DNA from: Candidatus Butyricicoccus avicola
Lineage (GTDB): Bacteria; Bacillota; Clostridia; Oscillospirales; Butyricicoccaceae
Reading direction: 5' to 3'
DNA length: 64,000 nt
NCBI GenBank assembly: GCA_019119435.1
Contig: DWWZ01000154.1
Coordinates: forward strand, 4,987 to 68,986
The notes below the pieces were generated by a model. The model was not told the origin of the DNA. It did no database searches and was given only the letters and a program-made list of their open reading frames with translations. Within the stretch, counting starts at the first letter, position 1. Each line of letters begins with the position of its first letter. The position numbers were made by a program, and so were the translations under genes. Positions 50,187 through 60,863 of this stretch are shown here, piece by piece.

Positions 50187-52301
50187 CGGACGATCTACGC
50201 CGACCTCGAGCTGTCCTGCGACACCGGCACGGTCAACCTGCCGCACATCACACTGGGCGATTACACGCCCCAGGAGACCGTCCTGCGCGCGGCCGACGGC
50301 ACCGAAACCCCGGCCGCAGGCGCCACGGCATTGCAGCCGGGCCAGACGCTGGTCTACCGCTATGTCATCCAGCTCGGGCAGGACCTGCCCCTGCTCTTTG
50401 AGAGCAACCTGCTCGAAGGGATGCTGACCGAACAGGAGCTGGACGTCCAGACCCACACGCGCAGCATCACCAAGTTCAAGCTCTTTGCCGGCGACTTCGG
50501 CCTGACCGAGATGGGCGTCTTTTTGAAGACCCTGCCCACGCTGAACCCGGACGACGCCACGGCCTTCTGGCAGTTTATCTACAACACGGACAGCACGCCT
50601 GACGCTGGCAATATGTATTACCGTCTGCTGACCGGCGACCTGAACGAATACGACGGCACCATGGAGGAGCTGCGCATCTGGATCGCGTCCATGTTCCAGG
50701 CCGTGCGCGCGCGGATGAACTGCTATGTCAAGGAGTCCAGCGAGACGGTCGGCCTGCTGTCCGACGGCCTGGTGGACTACCTGTGGGGCAAGCTGAAGGC
50801 CAACGGCCTGACGGGCGAGGACGACCTGCGGGAGTACGCCCTGAAGAAGATCCTAAATGGCGTGCGCGACACCTTCCTCTCGATCGAGGACCTGCCCTCG
50901 TCAGCCGTCAGCAGCTTGCAGGACATCACGCTCTCGGTCAAAACCCTCCAGTCGGCCAAAGCGACCATAAACCGGTTCATCAGCAACATGCAGGCCGGGC
51001 TGCGCGCGGCGGGCCTCGTGCTGGAGAGCGAATATACGGCGCGCTACGCCTACTTTAACTATTACCTCAATCACCGCATCGACTATGCGCATCCCGGCGA
51101 CGCAATCTTCCGCCTGCTCTTGGACAGCGCCGCGCTCGACCTGCAAAACCGGTACTGGACGAGCGAAGCGCTCGACACCATCACATGGATTACGGGCACG
51201 GACAGCTGGGTGAACCACACAGACACCATCGAGCGCTGGGCCGAGACCCTCTACCAGTTCGAGGTCATCGCTCTCAACTATGACACCGGCGAGGAGCCCG
51301 GCGGCGAGGAGCCCGGCGGCGAAGAGCCCGGCGGTGAGGAGCCCGGCGGCGAGGAGCCCGGCGGTGAGGAGCCCGGCGGCGAGGAGCCCGGCGGCGAAGA
51401 ACCGGACGATGAGGAGCCGGACGAGGAGGAGCCGGACGCGGACGACGACAAGCCGTCCGGCAGCGGTTCGGCCAGCCATTCCCGGCCGTCCCGCCAGGAA
51501 GATACAGCCACGGACGAGGACGCGCCCCAGCGCATTACGGTCTCGGATGACAGCGTGCACGGCGCGGTCACGGCCGATGTGCAGGACGCGGCGCCCGGCG
51601 ACCTTGTGACCATCACGGTCACGCCCGCAGCCGGCTATGTGCTGGACACCCTGCGCGTGACCGACGCCGCCGGCAGTCCGGTCGCGCTGACGCTGGCCGA
51701 CGGGCAATACACGTTCGTCATGCCCGACGCAGCCGTCACCATTGAGAGCACCTTCCGCGCGGCGGGCGCCGCCTTTGCCGACGTGCCGGCGGACAGCTAC
51801 TTCTACGCCCCGGTGCAGTGGGCGGTCGCAAACGGTATCACGAGCGGCGTCCGCGCGGACGCCTTTGGCCCGGAACTCGGCTGCACCCGCGCCCAGACCG
51901 TCACCTTCCTGTGGCGCGCGGCGGGCTGCCCGGCCCCGTCGACGGAGGCCTCCCCCTTCGCCGACATCAGCCCGGACGACTATTTCTATGACGCGGTGCT
52001 GTGGGCGGCCGAGAGCGGCATCGTATCGGGCACCGGACCTGCGGCCTTCAGCCCGGACGCGGCCTGCACCCGCGCCCAGACCGTCACCTTGCTGTGGCGC
52101 AGCGCCGGCGCACAGCAGCCGGCAGGCACGGCAGCCTTTGCCGACATCGCGCCCGACGCCTACTGCGCGCAGGCCGTCCAGTGGGCGGCCGAGAACGGCA
52201 TCGCGGCGGGCACGGCGGCCGATACCTTCAGCCCGGACGCGGGCTGCACCCGCGCCCAGACCGTCACTTTGCTGTACCGCGCCCTGACCGGCGCGCCGTG
52301 A
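50187..52301 (+). pseudogene. SLH-domain surface protein lacking N-terminus/signal peptide
   Basis: Frame open from ~50187 (RTIYADLELSCD...) with no RBS or signal peptide; EEPGG repeats, InlB-B-like repeat (YTFVMP), three SLH motifs (TRAQTVT). Confidence 0.65.
51291..51440 (+). repeat. 15-bp coding tandem repeat (EEPGG x7 plus 3 degenerate units)
   Basis: GAGGAGCCCGGCGGC units read directly. Confidence 0.95.
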
Positions 52302-52479
52302 CGGCCCGGAGCAAACGGGTTTGCACCACAACCGCCAGAAAAGGCGTGGCCCACCGGCCACGCCTTTTTCTGTGCGCAAAAAAAAATTGCGCCGCCCAAT
52401 CAGGCGGCGCTTTTTTTGATTCCGGTCCCCGCCAGGTCCCGGCGCGTGCCGGGGCTGGCCCCAGGGAATCGGACAGGGT

Positions 52480-53829
52480 TTACAGGCGGTCGCGGGCGGT
52501 CGTGAGCATGCGGGCGTACACCAGCACGAACGCGAAGAAGAAGCCCGAGGTGACCGTGAACAGGATGTGGCCGGCGACGGCCAGGTAAGCGACCGTGATG
52601 CCGAGCGATACGAACGCGCCGAACACCAGGACGTTCCAGTTCTTGACCATGCGCATGAGGAACTGCACGCCGTAGCGGATGTACATCTGGGTCATGGCCA
52701 CAAAGCCGAACACGCCGTACAGCAGGCCGACGTCAAACAGGTCCATCTCGATGATGTGGCCCTGCGAGCCGCGGCCGACGCCGAACAGCCAGGCGATCGG
52801 GCCTGCGGCCTTGAAGTCTGCCAGGGTCGCCGCAAGCTTGTTCCAGCGGCCCGAGATCAGGCTGCCGCCCTCCTCGTTGGCCGCTTCCTGCATGGCATTC
52901 ATGCTCTCCTTGAGCATGTCCATGATGCCGCGGCCCGCGCCGCTCAGCAGCAGCGACATCCCATTGAAAATCAGCGCCACAATCACCGTGATCACGGCCA
53001 GGATGGCCGCCCGCCGCAGCATCTCGCGGCTGCCGCGCACGGCCACGGCGACGGCATACACCAGCATGACGGCCGACTCGCCGAGCATGGCGATGAGCGC
53101 GGTCTTGGTGCCGATGAGCATGAGGCAGACGATGCTCATGGCCGGGCCCAGGCTGTACAGCAGCATGCGGCCCCGGGTGAACTGGCGGCGCGGGATGAAC
53201 AGGAAATAGGCGATGGCCAGGGGCAGCAGGATCATCAGGGCGCCCGTGATGTCATTGCCCGAATAGTAGAAGCCGCGCACGCCGCGCGCGCCGAAGCGGT
53301 CATAGTAGGTGCTGTATCCGATGCGCAGGACGTACGGGATGAGGATGCCGAGCGAAAAGATGATGGTCATGCCGTTGACGTAGGCGTGCACCTTTTCGAT
53401 CAGGCGATCCTGCGACAGTTCCGCGCGGCGGAACACGTTGAGGTAGACCATCGCGACCGCGACGTTGTACGCAAAGCGCGCAAAGAACGTCACGTCCAGC
53501 GAGAGATTGACGCCGCCGGTCCACAAGAACTCGGACAGGACCGACATGGCCCAGGCCGCGCCCATGGGCAGGGCGGTCAGGATGGAGCGCCGGTCGCGCA
53601 GCAGGAGCACATACACCACCATGACGACGAGCACCAGCATACGCACGATGAGCGCGGGCGTGGTCGTCATGCCGCCGCTGTTGGTCAGCTCGCGGTAATT
53701 GAGCGCCTCCATGCCGGCATAGCCGCGGGTCAGCATCCAGATGTACAGACCGTTTACAATGTCCAAAACGGGATTGAACAAGAGATATAGCCAGAAGAAC
53801 TTCTCCAGGCCTTTTAGGGATTTCTGCAT
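52480..53829 (-). CDS. O-antigen ligase/Wzy-like membrane protein
   Basis: Many TM helices, GFYYSGN, IGTKT, LFGVG...IEMD.FD...YG..G, LAVAGH. Confidence 0.75.
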   Translation of the reverse strand: MQKSLKGLEKFFWLYLLFNPVLDIVNGLYIWMLTRGYAGMEALNYRELTNSGGMTTTPALIVRMLVLVVMVVYVLLLRDRRSILTALPMGAAWAMSVLSEFLWTGGVNLSLDVTFFARFAYNVAVAMVYLNVFRRAELSQDRLIEKVHAYVNGMTIIFSLGILIPYVLRIGYSTYYDRFGARGVRGFYYSGNDITGALMILLPLAIAYFLFIPRRQFTRGRMLLYSLGPAMSIVCLMLIGTKTALIAMLGESAVMLVYAVAVAVRGSREMLRRAAILAVITVIVALIFNGMSLLLSGAGRGIMDMLKESMNAMQEAANEEGGSLISGRWNKLAATLADFKAAGPIAWLFGVGRGSQGHIIEMDLFDVGLLYGVFGFVAMTQMYIRYGVQFLMRMVKNWNVLVFGAFVSLGITVAYLAVAGHILFTVTSGFFFAFVLVYARMLTTARDRL

Positions 53830-54062
53830 CCGTTCACTTCCTTTATCCGTTGTTTGCCGTTTCATCTTATCACATCCGCCGCCTTTTTACAAGCCTGCGG
53901 GCGGCCTTTCCGGTTTTTTCGTGCAATCTGCCCGCCCGCGCGGCGCCGGCCGCGGGCCGCCCGGAAAAAGTTTCATTTTCGGCCTGTATCTGGACATTTT
54001 CCCAGGTTTATGTTACTATAATAGAGAGAAAATATCCATTTTATACCCAAAGGAGGAGTTCT

Positions 54063-55661
54063 ATGAGCCCACCCCTGCTGCTCATGGGGATTGTCATCCT
54101 CATCTGCATCGTGCTCAACCGCCTGATCCAGCGGCTGGCCGTCCCTTCCCTGCTCATCTTTATCGCCCTTGGTATGGTGTTCGGCGAAAACGGCCTGTTC
54201 CGCATCCATTTTGACGACTATCAGGTAGCGAACATCATCTGTTCGGTGTGCCTGATCTTCATCATGTTCTACGGCGGCTTTGGCACCAACCTAAAGGCCG
54301 CCCGGCCGGTGCTTGCAAAGTCGGTCGTGCTGTCCACGCTGGGCGTTATGCTGACGGCCGGCCTGACCGGCCTGTTCGCCCATCTGGCCCTGGGGCTGCC
54401 GCTGTACGAGAGCCTGCTCATCGGCGCGGTCATCTCCTCGACCGACGCGGCCTCGGTCTTTAACATCCTGCGCACCGGGCATCTGTCGCTCAAGTACGGC
54501 TCGGCCTCGCTGCTTGAGGTGGAATCGGGCTCCAACGACCCGATGTCCTACATGCTGACTGTCATCCTGGTGTCGGTGATGTCGGGCGCGTCGGTGTCTG
54601 TGCCCCGGATGCTGCTGTCGCAGGTCGTGTTCGGCGTGCTGTGCGGCGTGGTCATGGGCAAGCTGGCCGTGCTGCTGCTCTCGCGCCTGACCTTTTCGGA
54701 CGATCACGGCCGGACCATCCTGGTCTTTGCCGTCGCTATCATCGCCTACGCCCTGCCCGACCTCATCGGCGGCAACGGCTACCTGAGCGTCTACCTGTGC
54801 GGCATCCTGATGGGCAATGCGAGCGTTTCGCAAAAGCGCTACCTCATCCACTTCTTTGATGTGGTGACCGGCGTGTGCCAGGTGATGATCTTCTTCCTGC
54901 TCGGCCTGCTCGTCACGCCCGCCGAGCTGCCCGCCGTCTTCCTGCCGGCGCTGTGCATCATGGCCTTCCTGACCTTCATCGGCCGGCCGGCCGTGGTCTC
55001 GGCCATCCTGCTGCCCTTCCGCTCGCGGCCGGGGCAGATCGGCATCGTCTCGTGGGCCGGCCTGCGCGGCGTCGCCTCGATCGTGTTCGCCATCTATGCC
55101 GTGCTGGGCGGCGTGACCATGACCTACAACCTGTTTAACCTGGTCTTCTGCATCGTGCTATTGTCCATCGCCTTCCAGGGCACGCTGCTGCCGTGGGTGT
55201 CGCGCAGGCTGAACATGATCGACCCGGCCGAGGACGTGTCCAAGACCTTCAACGACTACCAGGAGGACAACGACGTCGACTTCATCAAGGTGCATATCGC
55301 GGACGGCCATCCCTGGATCGGCAAGTCGCTGGCCGAGCTGGCCCTGCCGCACAACCTGCTGGCCGTGATGATCGCCCGGGACGGCCGGAACCTCGTGCCC
55401 GACGGGCAGACCGTGCTGGCCGACGGCGACCTTCTGGTCTTTGCCGCGCGCGCCTTTGAGGACCGCGAGAACCTGTCGCTGCGCGAGGTGCCCATCGACA
55501 AGGGGCACAAGTGGAACGGGCGGTCGCTGCGCGAGATCTCCACGCCCCAGCAGACCCTGGTCATCCTCATCCAGCGCGGCGCGCACACCATGATCCCGGA
55601 CGGCGGCACGCGCATCCAGACCGGCGACGTGCTTGTGCTGGCCCAGCCGGGCAAGACCTGA
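54063..55661 (+). CDS. cvrA: K+/H+ antiporter CvrA/NhaP2 with two RCK-C domains
   Basis: SSTDAASVF, LEVESGSNDP, WAGLRG; two TrkA-C repeats. Confidence 0.9.
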   Translation: MSPPLLLMGIVILICIVLNRLIQRLAVPSLLIFIALGMVFGENGLFRIHFDDYQVANIICSVCLIFIMFYGGFGTNLKAARPVLAKSVVLSTLGVMLTAGLTGLFAHLALGLPLYESLLIGAVISSTDAASVFNILRTGHLSLKYGSASLLEVESGSNDPMSYMLTVILVSVMSGASVSVPRMLLSQVVFGVLCGVVMGKLAVLLLSRLTFSDDHGRTILVFAVAIIAYALPDLIGGNGYLSVYLCGILMGNASVSQKRYLIHFFDVVTGVCQVMIFFLLGLLVTPAELPAVFLPALCIMAFLTFIGRPAVVSAILLPFRSRPGQIGIVSWAGLRGVASIVFAIYAVLGGVTMTYNLFNLVFCIVLLSIAFQGTLLPWVSRRLNMIDPAEDVSKTFNDYQEDNDVDFIKVHIADGHPWIGKSLAELALPHNLLAVMIARDGRNLVPDGQTVLADGDLLVFAARAFEDRENLSLREVPIDKGHKWNGRSLREISTPQQTLVILIQRGAHTMIPDGGTRIQTGDVLVLAQPGKT

Positions 55662-55727
55662 GCACAGGCCTTCCGACAAAAAGACCGCTCCCCGTAGGGA
55701 GCGGTCTTTTTGTCTGCGTGGGACGCG

Positions 55728-56300
55728 CTATCGGTTTTGGAGCCAGGCGCGGGCGCGGCCGACCAGCTCGGCCGTCTTGAAGCGGAAGGTCGTCTTCTGG
55801 CACAGGCTGCCGGCCGGCGCCTCGGCGGCGTCGGTGCACAGCGGCGGGAAGACCACGCACCACCAGTTTTTGCCCTGGGCCGCGCCCAAACGGATCTTGA
55901 GGCCGGTGTACTCGCCCGCCGGCAGGGCGAAGGTGTCATAGGTGCGGGTCGGGTAGTACTCGCCCGCGAGCTGGGCCGACAGGCTGTACGGCGCGCCCTG
56001 CGCGTCCAGGACGGCCTGCGCCGCGTCGGTGATGCCCTGTAGGTTGTCCCGCAGGATCTGCCGGACCGCTTCCGGCGAATCCGCCCCGTCCAGGAGCGGC
56101 TCGGTGACCGCGAGCACGCGGTCGCGCACGCGCAGCTTGATCTGCTGGTCGGCCGCGCTGTCCGAGTTGGCAATCACATGCAGGCGCACCAGCCCATCGG
56201 CCAGCGTCTGCTGGCCCAGCGCGGCGCAGGCGGCGTAGGCAAAGAGCGCGGCCAGCAGCAGCGCCAGCGCAAGCTCCATCGGTTTCCATCGGATCGTCAT
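55728..56300 (-). CDS. spoIIR: Stage II sporulation protein R
   Basis: VRLHVIANSDS..DQ..KL.VRD, G.NWWCVVFPPLC; sigma-F-like GTTTG..GGTCCATACT upstream. Confidence 0.95.
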   Translation of the reverse strand: MTIRWKPMELALALLLAALFAYAACAALGQQTLADGLVRLHVIANSDSAADQQIKLRVRDRVLAVTEPLLDGADSPEAVRQILRDNLQGITDAAQAVLDAQGAPYSLSAQLAGEYYPTRTYDTFALPAGEYTGLKIRLGAAQGKNWWCVVFPPLCTDAAEAPAGSLCQKTTFRFKTAELVGRARAWLQNR

Positions 56301-56402
56301 GGTCTATCCCATCCTCTCGCTTGGTTGTCTGACAGCAAGAGTATGGACCAAAAAACCGCGCGGCAAACCTATGGCACGTCAATTTTTTTGCGTACCGGGC
56401 GC

Positions 56403-57275
56403 TTACCGCCCCCAGCCGGGCTGCATGCGGGTCAAATGGGTGTCCGGGAAGTCTCGCCGCAGGGCAGCATACGCCTTGTGGGCCTTGTCCTCGGACCGGA
56501 ACAGGCCGAAGGTGGTCGGGCCGCTGCCGCTCATGGCCGCGCCGTCCGCGCCGCAGGCCAAGAGGACGTCCTTGATCTGGCCGATCTCGGCGTGTGCGCG
56601 CGCGGTCACGCGCTCCATGACGTTGTACAGCCGGTGGCACACGCCCGCATAGTCGCCCGCCTGCAGGGCGCGCAGCACCCCGGCCGTGTCCGGCCGCTCG
56701 GGCAGGTCGCCGCCGTTCATCTGGGCGTAGACCGCGGCGGTCGAGACCGAAAAGCCCGGCTTGCACAGGACCGCCCAGCAGTCCGGCATGGGCGGCAGGG
56801 GCGTGAGCACCTCGCCGATGCCCTCGGCCAGCATGGTGCCGCCCACAAGGCAATAGGGCACGTCCGCGCCCAGCGCCAGGCCCATGCCGCACAGCGCGTC
56901 CGTGGACAGGCCGGCGCCGTAGAGCGTATCCAGCGCGCGCAGGACGGCGGCGGCGTCCGTGCTGCCGCCGGCAAGGCCGGCCGCGACCGGGATGCGCTTT
57001 TTGAGGGCAATGTGCAGGCCGTCGCAGGCCAGACCGGTGCAGGCAAAAAAGTGCTCGGCCGCGCGCACGGCCAGGTTGCGCCCGTCGGTCGGGACAAAGG
57101 GCTTGTCACAGGCGAGCGTCACGCCGCCCGTCCCCGTGCGCGTCACGGTCACGTCGTCGTGCAGGCCGACCGACTGCATGACCATGCGCACGGTGTGGTA
57201 GCCGTCCGGCCGGCGGCCGGTCACGTCCAGCGTCAGGTTGATCTTGGCGTATGCCGAGAGGGTGATAGCATCCAT
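56403..57275 (-). CDS. ispE: CDP-ME kinase
   Basis: AKINLTL, KRIPVAAGLAGGSTDAA, GADVP, MSGSGPT. Confidence 0.97.
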   Translation of the reverse strand: MDAITLSAYAKINLTLDVTGRRPDGYHTVRMVMQSVGLHDDVTVTRTGTGGVTLACDKPFVPTDGRNLAVRAAEHFFACTGLACDGLHIALKKRIPVAAGLAGGSTDAAAVLRALDTLYGAGLSTDALCGMGLALGADVPYCLVGGTMLAEGIGEVLTPLPPMPDCWAVLCKPGFSVSTAAVYAQMNGGDLPERPDTAGVLRALQAGDYAGVCHRLYNVMERVTARAHAEIGQIKDVLLACGADGAAMSGSGPTTFGLFRSEDKAHKAYAALRRDFPDTHLTRMQPGWGR

Positions 57276-57297
57276 AAAAACAGCGCCTCCTTCTGGG

Positions 57298-58095
57298 TCA
57301 GAGCGGATAAGCCTCGGCCTTGCGGCCGCGGAACACGGTCAGGTGGTCAAAGCCCAGCGCGCGGAGGTAGTCGCGGTAGACTGCGGCGCCGCGGCCGATG
57401 TCCGCCGCGCGGTGCGCGTCGCTGCCAAAGCTGACTCGCTCGCCGCCCAGCCGGCGGTACTCCTCCAGAATCCAGCGGTCGGGCCCCGGTCGCTCCATCC
57501 AGCTAAACAGCGTGGCCGCGTTGCACTCGATGGCGTAGCCGCGCGCGACCGCCTCGCGCAGGACGGGCAGGATGTGCTCCATAAAGTTATCGAACGAGGG
57601 GTGGTTGCCCGGGCGCTTCATGACGCGCAGCGGGTAGTCCAGGTGGGCCAGCACGTCAAAGCCGCCGTACTGCTCCATGCGCACGACCTCGGCAAAGTAA
57701 TCGCGCAGCAGGGCGTCGCAGTCCAGGTGGTCGTAGTCGTGGTCGTAGAGGTCAAGATCGTTCGGCATGGCGTGCAGCGAGCCGATGACGACGTCGAACG
57801 GATAGGCCGCGAGCAGCGCCTCGGCCTGGGCCGGGTTCGCGTGCGGCTCGCCCAGCTCGACGCCGAACAGGAGATCCACCTGCCCGGCAAACTGCGGCCG
57901 GGCCGCGCGGATATCGCGCGCGATGGCCGTGAGGTCGCAGCGGATGGGTGCTGCACGGCGGAACAGGTCGTAGTGGTCGGTGACGGCCAGCGTGTCAACG
58001 CCCGCAGCCGCGGCGGCCTCAGCCATGTCGGCGATCTCGGCCGGCTCTTGGTCGGCGTCAAAGGAATATTTGGAGTGGGTGTGCAGGTCTACCAT
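57298..58095 (-). CDS. PHP-family histidinol-phosphatase (HisJ/HisK-like)
   Basis: DLHTHS, TDH, GVELG, IGSLH, HLD, GSDAH. Confidence 0.85.
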   Translation of the reverse strand: MVDLHTHSKYSFDADQEPAEIADMAEAAAAAGVDTLAVTDHYDLFRRAAPIRCDLTAIARDIRAARPQFAGQVDLLFGVELGEPHANPAQAEALLAAYPFDVVIGSLHAMPNDLDLYDHDYDHLDCDALLRDYFAEVVRMEQYGGFDVLAHLDYPLRVMKRPGNHPSFDNFMEHILPVLREAVARGYAIECNAATLFSWMERPGPDRWILEEYRRLGGERVSFGSDAHRAADIGRGAAVYRDYLRALGFDHLTVFRGRKAEAYPL

Positions 58096-58233
58096 CGGTC
58101 ATGCCCCTTTCCAGGCTTGTGCATTTTTTCCGTATCCAGTATAGCAAAAATGGACGGCGATGGCAACCGGGGCGGACGGCGCAAAAAAAAGCCCCTGGGG
58201 CCAAACCCCAGGGGCGAAAAACACAGTCTTGGC

Positions 58234-59442
58234 TTACTTTGCAGCAGCCTCGTTGACCAGGCGCTCGGTATCCTGCGCGATGACGAGCTCCTCGTTGGTC
58301 GGGATGACCAGCACGCGCACACGCGCGTAGTCGATGGAGATATCCATCTGACGGCCGCGGAACTTGTTCTTCTCCGGGTCGATCTTGATGCCGAGGTACT
58401 CCATGTGCTCGCAGACATCCCAGCGGACCGAGCGGTCGTTCTCGCCGACGCCCGCGGTGAAGACGATGGCGTCCACGCCGCCCATGGAGGCGATGAACGA
58501 GCCGATGATCTTCTTGACCGAGACATTGAACATGTCCTTTGCCAGCGCGGCGCGGACGTTGCCCTCTGCGATGGCGGCATCCAGGTCACGGAAGTCGGAG
58601 GAGACGCCCGAGATGCCCAGCATACCGGACTTCTTGTTCAGGATATCGATGACCTGATGGGCGTCGATCTTCTCGTGCTCTGCCAGGAACTCGATGATGG
58701 CCGGGTCGATGTTGCCCGAGCGGGTGCCCATGGGCAGGCCGTCCAGCGGGGTGAAGCCCATCGAGGTATCGACCGACTTGCCGCCGTCGATGGCCGAGAT
58801 CGACGAGCCGTTGCCGAGGTGGCAGGTGATGATCTTGAGGTCCTCGATCGGGCGGCCCAGCATCTCGGCGGCCTGACGGGATACGTACTTATGCGAGGTA
58901 CCGTGGAAGCCGTAGCGGCGGATCTTGTACTTCTCGTAATACTCGTAGGGGATGGCGTACATGTAGTTCTTGGCCGGCATGGTCTGATGGAAGGCCGTGT
59001 CGAATACCGCGACCTGCGGCACATCCTTGCCCATGACCTCCTCGCAGGCGTGGATGCCGATGAGGTTGGGGGTGTTGTGCAGCGGTGCGAGCGGGATGCA
59101 GGCCTCGATGGCCTTGATGACCTCGTCGTTGATGAGGACAGAGTCCGCAAAGTACTCGCCGCCGTGTACGACACGGTGGCCGACCGCGTTGATCTCGGAC
59201 ATATCCTTGATGACGCCCCACTTCTCGTCGAGCAGGATGTCGATGACCGCCTTGATGGCGTCGGCGTGGGTGCTCATGGGCACGTCCGCCTTGTACTTCT
59301 CGTCCGAGCCGCCCTGGTGGGTCAGCTTGCCGTCGATGCCGATTCGCTCGCACAGGCCCTTGGCCATAACGGTCTTGGTGTCCATGTCGAACAGCTGATA
59401 CTTCAGGGAAGAACTGCCTGCGTTAATAACCAGTACTTTCAT
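58234..59442 (-). CDS. ackA: Acetate kinase
   Basis: [34 protein letters not shown]. Confidence 0.98.
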   Translation of the reverse strand: MKVLVINAGSSSLKYQLFDMDTKTVMAKGLCERIGIDGKLTHQGGSDEKYKADVPMSTHADAIKAVIDILLDEKWGVIKDMSEINAVGHRVVHGGEYFADSVLINDEVIKAIEACIPLAPLHNTPNLIGIHACEEVMGKDVPQVAVFDTAFHQTMPAKNYMYAIPYEYYEKYKIRRYGFHGTSHKYVSRQAAEMLGRPIEDLKIITCHLGNGSSISAIDGGKSVDTSMGFTPLDGLPMGTRSGNIDPAIIEFLAEHEKIDAHQVIDILNKKSGMLGISGVSSDFRDLDAAIAEGNVRAALAKDMFNVSVKKIIGSFIASMGGVDAIVFTAGVGENDRSVRWDVCEHMEYLGIKIDPEKNKFRGRQMDISIDYARVRVLVIPTNEELVIAQDTERLVNEAAAK

Positions 59443-59630
59443 CCTTCATAACTCCTTGCTGTGTTTTTGTTTGCGATTTGCCACATACCGCGCTCGGTGT
59501 TTCTGCGCAAAGATGCAAAAGAAATTTGCAAGAAACAACAAATATGTGTACAATAATCCATATAGTCTTATTGTACACCACCCTGCGCAAATGTACAACA
59601 TCTATTTCCGGATTTTTTTGGAGGGCGCCT

Positions 59631-60839
59631 ATGAAAATTTGCGGCATCGTTGCAGAATACAATCCATTCCACGCCGGGCACGCCTATCACTGCGCCGAGA
59701 CGCGGCGCCGTTTGGGCGCGGACACCGCGATCGCGGCGGCCATGTCGGGCAACTTCGTGCAGCGGGGCGATTTTGCAATTTTGGAAAAGTACCGGCGCGC
59801 GGCCATGGCCGTGCAGTGCGGCGTGGACCTTGTCGTTGAGCTGCCGCTGGCCGCGGCGCTGTCCTCGGCCGAGGGCTTTGCGCGGGGCGCGGTCGGCGTG
59901 CTGGACGCCATGGGCTGTGTGACCCACCTGTCGTTCGGCTCGGAGTGCGGCGACCTGGACGGCCTGCGCCGGGCGGCCCGGTGCAGCCGGGCGGCCGTGC
60001 GCCGCCACATGGACGCCGGCCACTCCTACGCCGCAGCCATGCAGCGGGCGGTCGCGGACGAGGACCCGGCCGCGGGCGCGCTGCTGGCCTCGCCCAACAA
60101 CACGCTCGGCATCGCCTACTGCGCGGCGCTGGACGCGGCGGGCAGCGCCATCCGGCCCCTGACCGTGCGCCGCGCGGGCGCCCCGCACGACAGCGCCCAG
60201 TTCCACGCGCGGCCGTCGGCCTCCTTCCTGCGGCGGGCCGTGCTGGACGGCGGCCTGGATGCCTGCCGCGCGGGCATGCCCGCGGCGGCCTATGCCGTGC
60301 TCGCGGCCGAGCTGGCGCGCGGCGGGGCGCCCGCGCGCGCGGCGGCGTGCAGCCAGGCCATGCTGGCGCACCTGCGGCGGCTCACGCCCGAGGCGCTCCT
60401 GCGGTACGCCGGCGGCAGCGACGGGCTGCACCACCGGCTGCACGCGGCCATCCGGGACGGGACGTCCTTTGCCGGCATCTGCCAGGCCGCGCAGACCCGG
60501 CGCTATCCGCTCGCGCGCGTGCGGCGCGCCCTCCTGCGCGCCTATCTGGACGTGCCGGCCGATGACCCGGTGCAGCCGGCCTACCTGCGCGTGCTGGCCA
60601 TCGGGCCGCGCGGCCGGGCGGTCCTGCGCGCCATGCGGCACAGCGCCCGCCTGCCGGTCATCATAAAGCCCGTGCAGGAAAAGCGCCTGCCGGACGCCCT
60701 CCAGGCCGGCCTGCGGCGCGACGCGCTGGCCGACGACCTCTATGCCCTGGCCCAGCCGGCCGAGGCCCTGTGGGCCGGCGGCGGGCACTACCGGCAAAGC
60801 CCCTTCGTCTGGCAAGGGCAAGCCCCCACACCGGTGTGA
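59631..60839 (+). CDS. tmcAL: tRNA(Met) cytidine acetate ligase (YlbM)
   Basis: GIVAEYNPFHAGH, MSGNFVQRG, SFGSE, PNNTLG..Y, SAS.LR. Confidence 0.9.
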   Translation: MKICGIVAEYNPFHAGHAYHCAETRRRLGADTAIAAAMSGNFVQRGDFAILEKYRRAAMAVQCGVDLVVELPLAAALSSAEGFARGAVGVLDAMGCVTHLSFGSECGDLDGLRRAARCSRAAVRRHMDAGHSYAAAMQRAVADEDPAAGALLASPNNTLGIAYCAALDAAGSAIRPLTVRRAGAPHDSAQFHARPSASFLRRAVLDGGLDACRAGMPAAAYAVLAAELARGGAPARAAACSQAMLAHLRRLTPEALLRYAGGSDGLHHRLHAAIRDGTSFAGICQAAQTRRYPLARVRRALLRAYLDVPADDPVQPAYLRVLAIGPRGRAVLRAMRHSARLPVIIKPVQEKRLPDALQAGLRRDALADDLYALAQPAEALWAGGGHYRQSPFVWQGQAPTPV

Positions 60840-60863
60840 GGGGGCTTGCTCTTTTTTTTGCGG

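Noticed and set aside
53880-54062. c-di-AMP (ydaO) riboswitch before the K+/H+ antiporter
   Set aside because: The likely -10 (TATAAT) is only ~40 nt from the start codon and no ydaO motifs are visible.
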